This document shows positions 7,251 to 14,940 of a DNA stretch of 32,000 bases, in pieces. Origin of the DNA: Enterobacter phage EnA02. Location: the sequence record PQ096440.1; one strand, 5' to 3'. The notes beneath the pieces were generated by a model, which saw only the letters and a list, made by a program, of their open reading frames with translations, ran no database searches and had not been told where the DNA came from. The first letter of the stretch is position 1; each line of letters opens with the position of its first letter. The translations under genes were made by a program, and so were the position numbers.

Positions 7251-7688
7251 TTATGCACGGCCCGGACGGGCGTGGCCAACCATTACATGGTTAATGCTAT
7301 CAGTAGGAACTACAGCATATTCACCCATGAACACAACGTTGGCTACGATTTGGTCAGTATCTTCATCACGATAAACTAAAGATACCCAAGCCCCCATGCC
7401 GTCAATGGTCTTACCGCTGGAATTTTCCAATGCGTTATGCAAATCTACAGAAACTGGTTTGCCTTCGAACTTAGATTTTGCTGTAACAAGCGCAGTATCA
7501 ATAGGTTCATTGACTTCAACGAAATGATACTTAGCAGAAATCTTAAAACCACTTGAACCAAGAGTAGGACCTGCAACATTGATGATGTACTGACCACGAG
7601 CTGCATTGTCAGAGATAATCCAACCGACCAGACCTTTGTTCTGACCACCAACAACTTTTACACTTTTACCAATCATTTTACTAGCCAT
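7251..7688 (-). CDS. KOW-motif-like protein; positional MotB candidate, 145 aa
   Basis: N-terminus MIGKSVKVVGGQNKGLVGWIISDN resembles a KOW motif; located just downstream of dexA, as motB is in T4. Confidence 0.45.
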   Translation of the reverse strand: MASKMIGKSVKVVGGQNKGLVGWIISDNAARGQYIINVAGPTLGSSGFKISAKYHFVEVNEPIDTALVTAKSKFEGKPVSVDLHNALENSSGKTIDGMGAWVSLVYRDEDTDQIVANVVFMGEYAVVPTDSINHVMVGHARPGRA

Positions 7689-7697
7689 CTTATCACC

Positions 7698-7847
7698 TTA
7701 TTTAGATTCGCCGAATTCGTAACCGGCAAGGAATGCTTTTTCCATAATGGATTTTGTTACAAAGACCATCGACGGATTTGTGATGGTCGGTTCAATTTCT
7801 TCTTCAAACCACTTTTCGAACAATAAGTCAAACTTATGTATTTCCAT
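7698..7847 (-). CDS. hypothetical small protein, 49 aa (missing from ORF track)
   Basis: MEIHKFDLLFEKWFEEEIEPTITNPSMVFVTKSIMEKAFLAGYEFGESK*; start overlaps the dexA stop (TAATG). Confidence 0.7.
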   Translation of the reverse strand: MEIHKFDLLFEKWFEEEIEPTITNPSMVFVTKSIMEKAFLAGYEFGESK

Positions 7848-8536
7848 TAGCCACGACCTTTTGGTAAAGACAGAGGGTCAATTTCATCACCTTCCGGTGC
7901 ATCTTCTAAACCAAGGGCGTATCGTTGAGCATATTTTAACATCAAAATATCTTTAGCACAATCGTGAATAGAGTCATGAGCAATGAAACCATCCAGAACA
8001 CCCTTACGAAGAGGAGTTGTAGTCAAGTCACGAGTCATCAGTAAAGCTTCAATAGCAGTACGAATATCACGCTGGTTCCAGAATTTACATGGTTCCAGAC
8101 TAAATGTATCAATATCTTTTTCAGCAATTCCTTTGCGAGATTCGCCTTCGCGGAGAATATCTACGAGAATTGGGAAGTCGAAAGATTGGCCACGACACCA
8201 ACCGAAAGATTTCCAAGGGTCTACGCCGTTGTCTTTCAAGAACTCTAGAAGCTTGTACAGACCTTTTACGTGGTCAATGTCTTGGTCAGAAGGAGCCAAG
8301 TTCTTACGAGCTTCTTCGGATTGAGATTTCCACCACTTCATAGTAGAAGCTCCGAATAGACGAGTCTTTTGCTGAGCTCGTAAATCAAACTTCAATTTCA
8401 TTCCACGATTTACTAGCTCTTCAAATGTTTCAACTACTTCTGGATTGGGGTCAAATACAACGGCTGCCACATCGATAACAGCAGAATGAGAGACATTACC
8501 AAACGTCTCCCAGTCAATAATAAAATCTTTAATCAT
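7847..8536 (-). CDS. dexA: Exonuclease A (DexA), DEDD-type 3'-5' exonuclease
   Basis: IIDWETFG...VIDVAAVVFDPNPEVVETF...GWCRGQSFDFPILVD...LEPCKFWNQRDIRTAIEALL...HDSIHDCAKDI, near-identical to recalled T4 DexA. Confidence 0.96.
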   Translation of the reverse strand: MIKDFIIDWETFGNVSHSAVIDVAAVVFDPNPEVVETFEELVNRGMKLKFDLRAQQKTRLFGASTMKWWKSQSEEARKNLAPSDQDIDHVKGLYKLLEFLKDNGVDPWKSFGWCRGQSFDFPILVDILREGESRKGIAEKDIDTFSLEPCKFWNQRDIRTAIEALLMTRDLTTTPLRKGVLDGFIAHDSIHDCAKDILMLKYAQRYALGLEDAPEGDEIDPLSLPKGRG

Positions 8537-8775
8537 GTCATTTCCTTAAATTCACGTAGATTACCAGCAACAAATTCAGATAAAGTAATCTTTGGATAGT
8601 AGCCAGTATACCACGAAATGGCTTTAGCATCTCGGATAATGTCGTTTAATTCTAACACAATCTGGCTGCCTTTCATATTGATTCCGCGCTCAGTTGTAGT
8701 AGATGGATTTGACACCATGTTATCTTTGACGCCGGCTACAATAGCCTCTGCGTCTTCAACAGTAATTGTGTACAT
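8533..8775 (-). CDS. hypothetical protein, 80 aa
   Basis: ORF trimmed from GTG 8784 to ATG 8775, between dda and dexA. Confidence 0.7.
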   Translation of the reverse strand: MYTITVEDAEAIVAGVKDNMVSNPSTTTERGINMKGSQIVLELNDIIRDAKAISWYTGYYPKITLSEFVAGNLREFKEMT

Positions 8776-8780
8776 AAGCC

Positions 8781-10112
8781 TCACACATAATAAACATTTT
8801 TACGAGCACGAGTTGTGCCAACATAAAGCAGCTGTTGAGCTAATTCAGCATCTGCCATATGAATACATGGAGTGTAAACATAGCAGTTATCAACTGAAAC
8901 ACCCTGTGCTTTGTGGAAGGTTGAGCATGGAAGTGCTTTCACCTTATGATAACGGCGTTTAGCAGCCCAGAAATCTTTCCAAGGCGCTTTGCCGCCTTTG
9001 TTCCAATTTTTGTAAGTATCAGCTGCTTTAGCTAAGAAGAACTGAAACTTGTTTTGTTCCTGTTCATCGGCAATTACTCGGATAGTTTCTCTGTAGTAAT
9101 CGTCTTCTTCACAGTAGGTTTCAAGTTCTAAGTCCCAGTGACGAACCATGTACTCGCCAGGAACTCCTTTCGCCCCAATGAAATCAGAGGACTCTTTACA
9201 TGAAAGAATACGAACATATTGGCCATTGTTGAAGATGACCTCAGAGAATTTCTTACCGTCATATTCCAACTCTTTGATAAGTGGTTCCTGCATCACTACA
9301 ACTTCACCAACGATAAATGGCTCTTCTGTCTGGAAAATTCTTCGACGAATAATAGAGTTCAATTTATCAACGGATTTGTTGGTGAATGCTAACATTCGGT
9401 TCTCAAACATATCTTCCATCGTTTTGACATTTTCAAAGTATGTCATCATGAAATCGCGTAAAGCAGTTTGAGAAGTGAAACCATGGACACCTTCGCCATC
9501 TACGAGATGCTCATAAATCCACTCACCGTTACGAATGTCAGTAGCTACTTTAATTATCGGAGCATTACTTCGCATTACCTCAGTGAGATAGAGTTGCTCA
9601 AAATCTTTATGAGTAAAGAACGGAGATAGAGCCGGAACAGTGCTTCCTGGTTCTACTGGACGAATCTGAGATTTATCACCAATAGCAATAATCAGACACC
9701 AGCTTGGAATTGTTGCCATGATAATTTGGAAAAGCTTACGGTCATACATTGAAGCTTCGTCACAAATTAGAACTCGGCATTTAGCCATGTCCGGAACTTC
9801 ACTTTGCTCGAAGAGCATGTTCTCTTCATAAGTGGTCGGGTTAATCTTAAGAATGCTATGAATAGTGTTAGCAGCCATACCCGCAAGCTTACTAAGTACT
9901 CGTTTAGCTCCGTGAGTAGGAGCAGCCAGCATTACACCCGATACTCCGGTTGAAATCAAATAATTGATGATGAACTTTGTCATCGTGGTCTTACCTGTGC
10001 CGGCAGGACCATTAATAGTGATGTGACCACCACGACCAGCTTTAATACGTTCAACTACACGATTGAACGTAGCCTTCTGGCCTTCGTTGAGCATATCAAA
10101 TGTAATATTCAA
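8781..10112 (-). CDS. dda: DNA helicase Dda (SF1B)
   Basis: Walker A INGPAGTGKTTMTKF, VLICDEASMYDR, STFHKAQGVSVDNCYVYTPC, LLYVGTTRAR; same length as T4 Dda. Confidence 0.97.
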   Translation of the reverse strand: MNITFDMLNEGQKATFNRVVERIKAGRGGHITINGPAGTGKTTMTKFIINYLISTGVSGVMLAAPTHGAKRVLSKLAGMAANTIHSILKINPTTYEENMLFEQSEVPDMAKCRVLICDEASMYDRKLFQIIMATIPSWCLIIAIGDKSQIRPVEPGSTVPALSPFFTHKDFEQLYLTEVMRSNAPIIKVATDIRNGEWIYEHLVDGEGVHGFTSQTALRDFMMTYFENVKTMEDMFENRMLAFTNKSVDKLNSIIRRRIFQTEEPFIVGEVVVMQEPLIKELEYDGKKFSEVIFNNGQYVRILSCKESSDFIGAKGVPGEYMVRHWDLELETYCEEDDYYRETIRVIADEQEQNKFQFFLAKAADTYKNWNKGGKAPWKDFWAAKRRYHKVKALPCSTFHKAQGVSVDNCYVYTPCIHMADAELAQQLLYVGTTRARKNVYYV

Positions 10113-10120
10113 AACTTCTC

Positions 10121-10435
10121 CTACGCGACTTTAACCTTTTTAACTTGCAATGTGTTAATCATTTGTTGAACATTTCGGCGCTCTTGTTCAGTGAGCGGTA
10201 TATGTTCAATAATATCACGTTTGAAGAAAAGCCATTTTGTTTCTTGGTATTCAACTTTACGTCCATACTTCATTAGATATTGAAGTTTTCTAAGTTGGGT
10301 TCCACAATAACGCTCAGCTGCATATTTACCTGTGAAGATAATACACATTCCAAGCGGGTCTTTATCCCAAGACTCATAGAATGGAATCTCAAATCCATCT
10401 TTATCTTTTGTAATCAATGCATAACCATAGTGCAT
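10121..10435 (-). CDS. hypothetical protein, 104 aa (dda.1 position)
   Basis: ORF, ATG 10435 overlaps the upstream stop (TGATG). Confidence 0.7.
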   Translation of the reverse strand: MHYGYALITKDKDGFEIPFYESWDKDPLGMCIIFTGKYAAERYCGTQLRKLQYLMKYGRKVEYQETKWLFFKRDIIEHIPLTEQERRNVQQMINTLQVKKVKVA

Positions 10436-11187
10436 CACATTTTACCTCGAATAAGTTGAAACATTGAAGCAGATAATGGGAGACCTTTATTCAGCTTAGC
10501 TTTATCAATAAAAGATAAGTTCTGGAAGCGAGTTAATCCCTTAATTACTATATCATAATTATGGACAGAATTTTCTGCTTTTGTAGCCTTTTTACTTGTA
10601 GTTGCAGCTTTTGAAGCCAATTTATCAGTGTTACCAGAAACTTTACGAAGACGCTTAAGTTCAGCTTTACCACCAGTGATACGAGCCTGTAAAGACTTTT
10701 TCACTTCCGCAGTGACACCCTTCTGCTTCATATGTTGTTCACGCTTAGCGATATTGTTCAGAATAGCCAAGTACTGCTTATGATACTTTTTGGCAATGCC
10801 CGCCAGCGGGTCTTCAGATTCTGGTTCTTGTTGGTCCACAATGACGTGGCCACCTGCATCAGCAGCACGAACAATACGAGAAGCTAGCTCATCTCGTTTC
10901 TCAATCAGCTCTTCTAATGAGAAGTTTCCACGAGCAGAATTGTACTTCTTCTTAACTGGGATGACATTACCCGGCACATAACCTTTGTCGTTGTCAAAAC
11001 GCTCAAGTGTCATCATGTCATCGTTAACGCCTTCGCTGAACTTCTCTCCAGAGTAGGCACATACTTTCTGTTGAGCGATGTTAGCAAGATACGCCATAGT
11101 TAATCCAAAATCTTTTTGACGTCGAGTTGCTGAAGCATAAGTGTTAACTAAACGAGTTGCAACGACAATTTCCAATGGCTTGGCCAT
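10435..11187 (-). CDS. srd: Srd-like protein (postulated sigma decoy in T4) with HNH-like N-terminal segment
   Basis: CAYSGEKFSEG...MMTLERFDNDKGYVPGNVIPVKKKYNSARG; synteny dda - ORF - srd - modA as in T4; size about 250 aa. Confidence 0.6.
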   Translation of the reverse strand: MAKPLEIVVATRLVNTYASATRRQKDFGLTMAYLANIAQQKVCAYSGEKFSEGVNDDMMTLERFDNDKGYVPGNVIPVKKKYNSARGNFSLEELIEKRDELASRIVRAADAGGHVIVDQQEPESEDPLAGIAKKYHKQYLAILNNIAKREQHMKQKGVTAEVKKSLQARITGGKAELKRLRKVSGNTDKLASKAATTSKKATKAENSVHNYDIVIKGLTRFQNLSFIDKAKLNKGLPLSASMFQLIRGKM

Positions 11188-11240
11188 ATGATATCCTTAT
11201 ATGCTTTTGCGAAAGTAGCGGTATAATGGTTTCAAGGAGT

Positions 11241-11269
11241 ATTCTATATCATCTGATTTCGGTTGTAAA
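11241..11269 (-). promoter_or_regulatory. candidate early promoter TTTACA-N17-TAGAAT
   Basis: accgTTTACAaccgaaatcagatgataTAGAATa upstream of the srd-like gene. Confidence 0.65.
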
Positions 11270-11272
11270 CGG

Positions 11273-11950
11273 TCAGAATGAAATAAGTTCTACATGATAA
11301 ACTGTATGCATTCCACCTGGATTGAAATCCACATCCTCAATGCTAGTTACTCGGAACGAAGTTCCGATTGGCATCATCCATTCTTGTTCGTCCTGAACCA
11401 TGTTGACTTTATTCTTACGGTCAATTTTTGCTTGTGGGTCATAAGGTGCAGCGCTGAACTCACAGTTAGGAGCTGCTAAAAGAAGCTTAAGCATATCTTC
11501 CTGATAGTTATAAGCCATCGTAGGGTTAGACCAGCTAATGATAGTTTTAGTTCCATAACATCCGAAACTAGCAAAGCTTCTTGCTGTGTTGAAGTCAGTT
11601 GAAAAGCTTACAACTTTTTCAGCAGTAAAAATTTCTCCAACTTCGATGTTACAAAGAACATTAAGCATTCGTCTGTTGACACCGCGATAAAGCACTCCAG
11701 GAGTAGCAGTTGTCATGCGGCGACGAATGATTTTATCCAACCCGGCATTTACCCAATCTTCAACCTTATCGTTTAAACACTTCCATAGAACAGCTTGCTC
11801 TTTATCTGTGAAGAGTTTGTTAACTTCAGATTCAAGCTGTCTACGTTTTAGCTCTTCTGGGTCTTCCCAGTACTCGTATGTTCCGCCAGATGAAACTGGA
11901 ATTGATGATGTGATTTCTACTTCAATGACAGGACTTTGATAGAATGCCAT
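11273..11950 (-). CDS. modA: ModA-like RNA polymerase ADP-ribosyltransferase
   Basis: ART signature: LYRG, VSFSTDFNTA, EQEW (ExE-type); syntenic with srd/dda; start trimmed from 11983 to ATG 11950, which has GGAGG. Confidence 0.82.
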   Translation of the reverse strand: MAFYQSPVIEVEITSSIPVSSGGTYEYWEDPEELKRRQLESEVNKLFTDKEQAVLWKCLNDKVEDWVNAGLDKIIRRRMTTATPGVLYRGVNRRMLNVLCNIEVGEIFTAEKVVSFSTDFNTARSFASFGCYGTKTIISWSNPTMAYNYQEDMLKLLLAAPNCEFSAAPYDPQAKIDRKNKVNMVQDEQEWMMPIGTSFRVTSIEDVDFNPGGMHTVYHVELISF

Positions 11951-11978
11951 GATAACCTCCGTTTGTTTTACGGAAGCT

Positions 11979-12007
11979 ATCATAACATAGAAGAGAAGGG
12001 ATGTAAA
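11979..12007 (-). promoter_or_regulatory. candidate early promoter TTTACA-N17-TATGAT
   Basis: aaccgTTTACAtcccttctcttctatgtTATGATagc upstream of modA. Confidence 0.72.
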
Positions 12008-12010
12008 CGG

Positions 12011-12220
12011 TTATTTTGCCCAGGGAGCCCAAGGCGGAGGGTCTAACCAAAGAGATGATAGTTCTTCACATAGAGCTTTTGTGTAATCTACCCCATGTTT
12101 TTTGAAGATTAGTTCTAACTCAGCAGCGATGCTCTGGTCCACCTTCGGACCAGATTTCATATCAAATTCGACATATCCTTCAGGAATGTCTTCTTCAAAC
12201 ATATCGAAAATGTTACTCAA
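12011..12220 (-). CDS. hypothetical acidic protein, 69 aa
   Basis: ORF, 4-nt overlap with upstream gene. Confidence 0.7.
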   Translation of the reverse strand: MSNIFDMFEEDIPEGYVEFDMKSGPKVDQSIAAELELIFKKHGVDYTKALCEELSSLWLDPPPWAPWAK

Positions 12221-12621
12221 CGTGGAAGTGCCTCCGTTTTAGGAACACCCAATAGATGCCAGATTCCTTTACGAAAAAGAATCATATCAAACTGATCTGC
12301 GATTAACCAATTATTCACATGTGTAGTTCCGTATCCATCAGTGTGCATCATGTTTGGAATTTTCACAGTATCGACGCTTTTATCACCGAATTTAGGTTCT
12401 GGAATAATGTCAATCAAATTAGTTTGTGGAATTTTCCAGCCACCAATCAAGAAACTTTCTTGAACATCAAATGGAGAATTTTTAGTTTTCACATAAGTGT
12501 TGTATTCTTTAATGATAACATCAACACCTTCAGGCCAACCATTTTTCAATTCACTCGGGTCAACATTATCACGATAACCGGTTCCATATTCTAAAAATGG
12601 ATTATAGCAAATAGCTACCAT
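12217..12621 (-). CDS. hypothetical protein (start uncertain; ORF extends to 12774)
   Basis: Extended ORF overlaps 12719..13123; internal ATG 12621 (MVAICYNPFLEYG) would remove the overlap. Confidence 0.6.
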   Translation of the reverse strand: MVAICYNPFLEYGTGYRDNVDPSELKNGWPEGVDVIIKEYNTYVKTKNSPFDVQESFLIGGWKIPQTNLIDIIPEPKFGDKSVDTVKIPNMMHTDGYGTTHVNNWLIADQFDMILFRKGIWHLLGVPKTEALPR

Positions 12622-12718
12622 GATTTCCCTTTTATGAAGAGGATGTCTTTTGTCAGTAAACGATGGAAAATCACGAGAAATAAATTCCAAACCAAATGTA
12701 GTAATTTTGTATTGTTTA

Positions 12719-13123
12719 TCAGTCACAAGTAAAGCCTCCGCCAGAGTCACAGGATGTATTTGAGGGACTGTCAATATATGACATTGTATGTATCATTGGA
12801 CTATCAGAATAAGATGTTCTGGATGAACTAGAGTGATTCTGATTATTAACTGGAGTATGAGTTATGCGTCCAGTATAAGTCTGTCCATTTCGTTGGACTT
12901 TATCTTTCTTCGTTATCACTTCTTCCATCATTCCGTCGCCCATGTAAATCCATTCACGTTGTTCGTTTGCGCCTTCCTCGTATGCAACAGCCATATCATT
13001 GGCTCCATACATATGTTGATTGATGCTTTCATCAAGTCGAGCTTCTTCTCGAGCTTCTTCAGCTTTAATTTGAGTATCTGGACGAGGATTACCGAACAAC
13101 CCTCTCATAAAATTCATAATCAT
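12719..13123 (-). CDS. hypothetical protein with Asn/Ser/His-rich C-terminal half
   Basis: MIMNFMRGLFGNPRPDTQIK...; GGAG ribosome site before ATG 13123; TGATG junction with upstream gene. Confidence 0.7.
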   Translation of the reverse strand: MIMNFMRGLFGNPRPDTQIKAEEAREEARLDESINQHMYGANDMAVAYEEGANEQREWIYMGDGMMEEVITKKDKVQRNGQTYTGRITHTPVNNQNHSSSSRTSYSDSPMIHTMSYIDSPSNTSCDSGGGFTCD

Positions 13124-13374
13124 CAATAACTCCAGTTCAAAAATTGAATGTTAAATACATTTCTTTTGTAAATACCATCAACTTTAACTAAATCATAATA
13201 CAGAACTTCAATAGCACATTCAAGAGATGTTCCAACTTCTCTGTAAGCATGTAACTTGACATCAACGAAGAAATCAGTATTAGTTTCTCTTTCTATATAC
13301 TTTAAGCGAACTAAATCACTAATTCCACCGCAATCACCTACTGGTTTACGCCATGGAGTTGTTTTAACATTCAT
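13123..13374 (-). CDS. hypothetical protein, 83 aa
   Basis: ORF with start trimmed to MNVKTTPWRKPVG; MotA-type promoter directly upstream. Confidence 0.68.
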   Translation of the reverse strand: MNVKTTPWRKPVGDCGGISDLVRLKYIERETNTDFFVDVKLHAYREVGTSLECAIEVLYYDLVKVDGIYKRNVFNIQFLNWSY

Positions 13375-13399
13375 AGTATTTTCCTCATTTAGTGAAGTC

Positions 13400-13425
13400 A
13401 TTATACACTACTCTATAAAAGCAAA
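13400..13425 (-). promoter_or_regulatory. candidate MotA-dependent middle promoter
   Basis: TTTGCTTTT (13417..13425), 11-nt spacer, TATAAT (13400..13405). Confidence 0.65.
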
Positions 13426-13427
13426 AA

Positions 13428-13447
13428 GGGACTCCCGAAGGAGTCCC
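13428..13447 (-). terminator. rho-independent terminator GGGACTCC-TTCG-GGAGTCCC-TTTTT
   Basis: 8-bp stem, UUCG loop, T-tract; identical to 1074..1093. Confidence 0.88.
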
Positions 13448-13455
13448 TAAACTTA

Positions 13456-13695
13456 TTATTCAGATGGAGGCGTAACAGCAAACAGAGTTTCGTTAGCAGC
13501 AATCCACTCATCGCGCTGATTTCGTTCAAACACAGTAGAATACGCTGGTTTTTCAGATGGGAAAACCTGATAGTGCGCATTAGCAATGCGATGAACATCA
13601 GAATACAGTTCAAATGCTACAGAAATTTCTTTACCTTTTACTTCGCCAGCAGAAGTCTGATGATCGAAAGTTTTTACGTTTACATAACCGGCCAT
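13456..13695 (-). CDS. hypothetical protein, 79 aa
   Basis: ORF with AAAGGAG; between a late-promoter-like motif and a terminator. Confidence 0.75.
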   Translation of the reverse strand: MAGYVNVKTFDHQTSAGEVKGKEISVAFELYSDVHRIANAHYQVFPSEKPAYSTVFERNQRDEWIAANETLFAVTPPSE

Positions 13696-13723
13696 TGTAA
13701 TCTCCTTTAATTAGTTACAAGTC

Positions 13724-13731
13724 TATTTATT
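13724..13731 (-). promoter_or_regulatory. candidate late promoter core AATAAATA
   Basis: AATAAATA overlapping the upstream gene's stop, about 30 nt from ATG 13695. Confidence 0.3.
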
Positions 13732-14092
13732 CAATAATACTGGCGACTTGTAACTCAAAGTTTTTAGTTCTGATAGTTTCAATAGCTGAATTCATTGCTT
13801 CTGTATTTCCGCTAACAGCAATATCAGAAAAACTTTCATGAAGATTAACGAGTTCTTCACTTCTTTCCATGAACTCTTGTTGAGTTATTTCAAGTTTAAA
13901 GAATTCTTTAGGAACTTCAAAAGTGTATTGGCCCTTGGCTGCGATAACCCATTTTCCAAAACTGGATTTTATAGCTACATAGTCTTCAGGAGTGTTAAAC
14001 TTCCAATGAGCTCTGTCAGCATAAGCCGTACTATGTTCAGCTGGAGAAGCTGGTCTCCCAGCTTTCTGCCACGCGTAATAATCAAATTTCAT
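13727..14092 (-). CDS. hypothetical protein, 121 aa
   Basis: ORF, 1-nt overlap with gene 56. Confidence 0.75.
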   Translation of the reverse strand: MKFDYYAWQKAGRPASPAEHSTAYADRAHWKFNTPEDYVAIKSSFGKWVIAAKGQYTFEVPKEFFKLEITQQEFMERSEELVNLHESFSDIAVSGNTEAMNSAIETIRTKNFELQVASIIE

Positions 14093-14610
14093 TAATAACC
14101 TCGGTCTTGACGAGCAAAGTTTTCTGCATTTTTCAGATAATAGAGTTTGAATACTTCTTCAGCTGTCATGCCAAGAGCCATAATTTTATTCAAGAAGAAG
14201 TGTAACTGGTCAATCAACTCAAATTTAATTTCAAGTTGGTCTTCTGGAGATAGGTCTTTGATTTTCTTGGACTGCATTTCTACATGTTGAGCTTTCCAAG
14301 GTTTCCACACAGCAGATGCTGCTTTTTCACCGTTGCTCATACCGCCAAGTGCAGTATATAATTCACGAGTTTCGTCTGCGATATAATCGTCTTGTGCACG
14401 TAACCAAGCCAGAACTTCACCTGCAGTTTCCAGAGAATCTGGATGACGATTACTGAATGGTTTATCTTCAGCAAGACGAACTTGAAGAGATTTCTGCATA
14501 TCGAGCATTACTTGTAGAGGGTCTTGATGATTATCAATTACTGCATTATACGCACCATTTGCTTGGTCTGCGCCTTCAATAAGATGTGAGCATTCGTTAA
14601 AATGAGCCAT
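14092..14610 (-). CDS. 56: dCTP pyrophosphatase (dCTPase/dUTPase)
   Basis: MAHFNECSHLIEGADQAN...DPLQVMLDMQKSLQVRLA...LETAGEVLAWLRAQDDYI...LSPEDQLEIKFELIDQLHFFLNKIMALGM...LYYLKNAENFARQDRGY; very close to recalled T4 gp56. Confidence 0.95.
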   Translation of the reverse strand: MAHFNECSHLIEGADQANGAYNAVIDNHQDPLQVMLDMQKSLQVRLAEDKPFSNRHPDSLETAGEVLAWLRAQDDYIADETRELYTALGGMSNGEKAASAVWKPWKAQHVEMQSKKIKDLSPEDQLEIKFELIDQLHFFLNKIMALGMTAEEVFKLYYLKNAENFARQDRGY

Positions 14611-14640
14611 TGTGTTTTCCTTTTATCAAATCAGAAATAA

Positions 14641-14667
14641 ATTATATCATTAACTTTATTTAGCAAT
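14641..14667 (-). promoter_or_regulatory. candidate MotA-dependent middle promoter for gene 56
   Basis: ATTGCTAAA (14659..14667), 12-nt spacer, TATAAT (14641..14646). Confidence 0.55.
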
Positions 14668-14940
14668 GAATTTAAGTTCTTCGGAAATTTTGCGGAATTT
14701 TTCCATCTTTTCAAATTTCTTCCAAACTTTTTCTCTGTCTTCTACGAAATCAAAATCGGTGTGTATTCGCAAATTCAGAAGACACCCCATGATGTCATTT
14801 AATTCAGCAATTAATCTTTCACGATTAGTTTTGCCTTCATATTCTGAATCAATTCCGAATTGAATAATCTTAGAGCAAAGCATTGCAACTTCAGTACATT
14901 CTTCGCCTAACTTAAGAAAGGCGTGTTGTTCTATGTTCAT
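14656..14940 (-). CDS. MazG-like nucleotide pyrophosphohydrolase domain protein, 94 aa
   Basis: LKLGEECTEVAMLCSKIIQFG...LIAELNDIMGCLLNL: EExxE...ExxD motif. Confidence 0.65.
   Translation of the reverse strand: MNIEQHAFLKLGEECTEVAMLCSKIIQFGIDSEYEGKTNRERLIAELNDIMGCLLNLRIHTDFDFVEDREKVWKKFEKMEKFRKISEELKFIAK

Noticed and set aside
7445-7654. Minus-strand ORF 7445..7654, 69 aa
   Set aside because: Entirely inside the KOW-type ORF in another frame, low-complexity Leu/Ser composition.
12640-12660. CGTTTACTGACAAAAG as a further early promoter upstream of ATG 12621
   Set aside because: The -35 resembles the family, but the sequence 16-18 nt downstream (TCATAA/CATAAA) is a poor -10.
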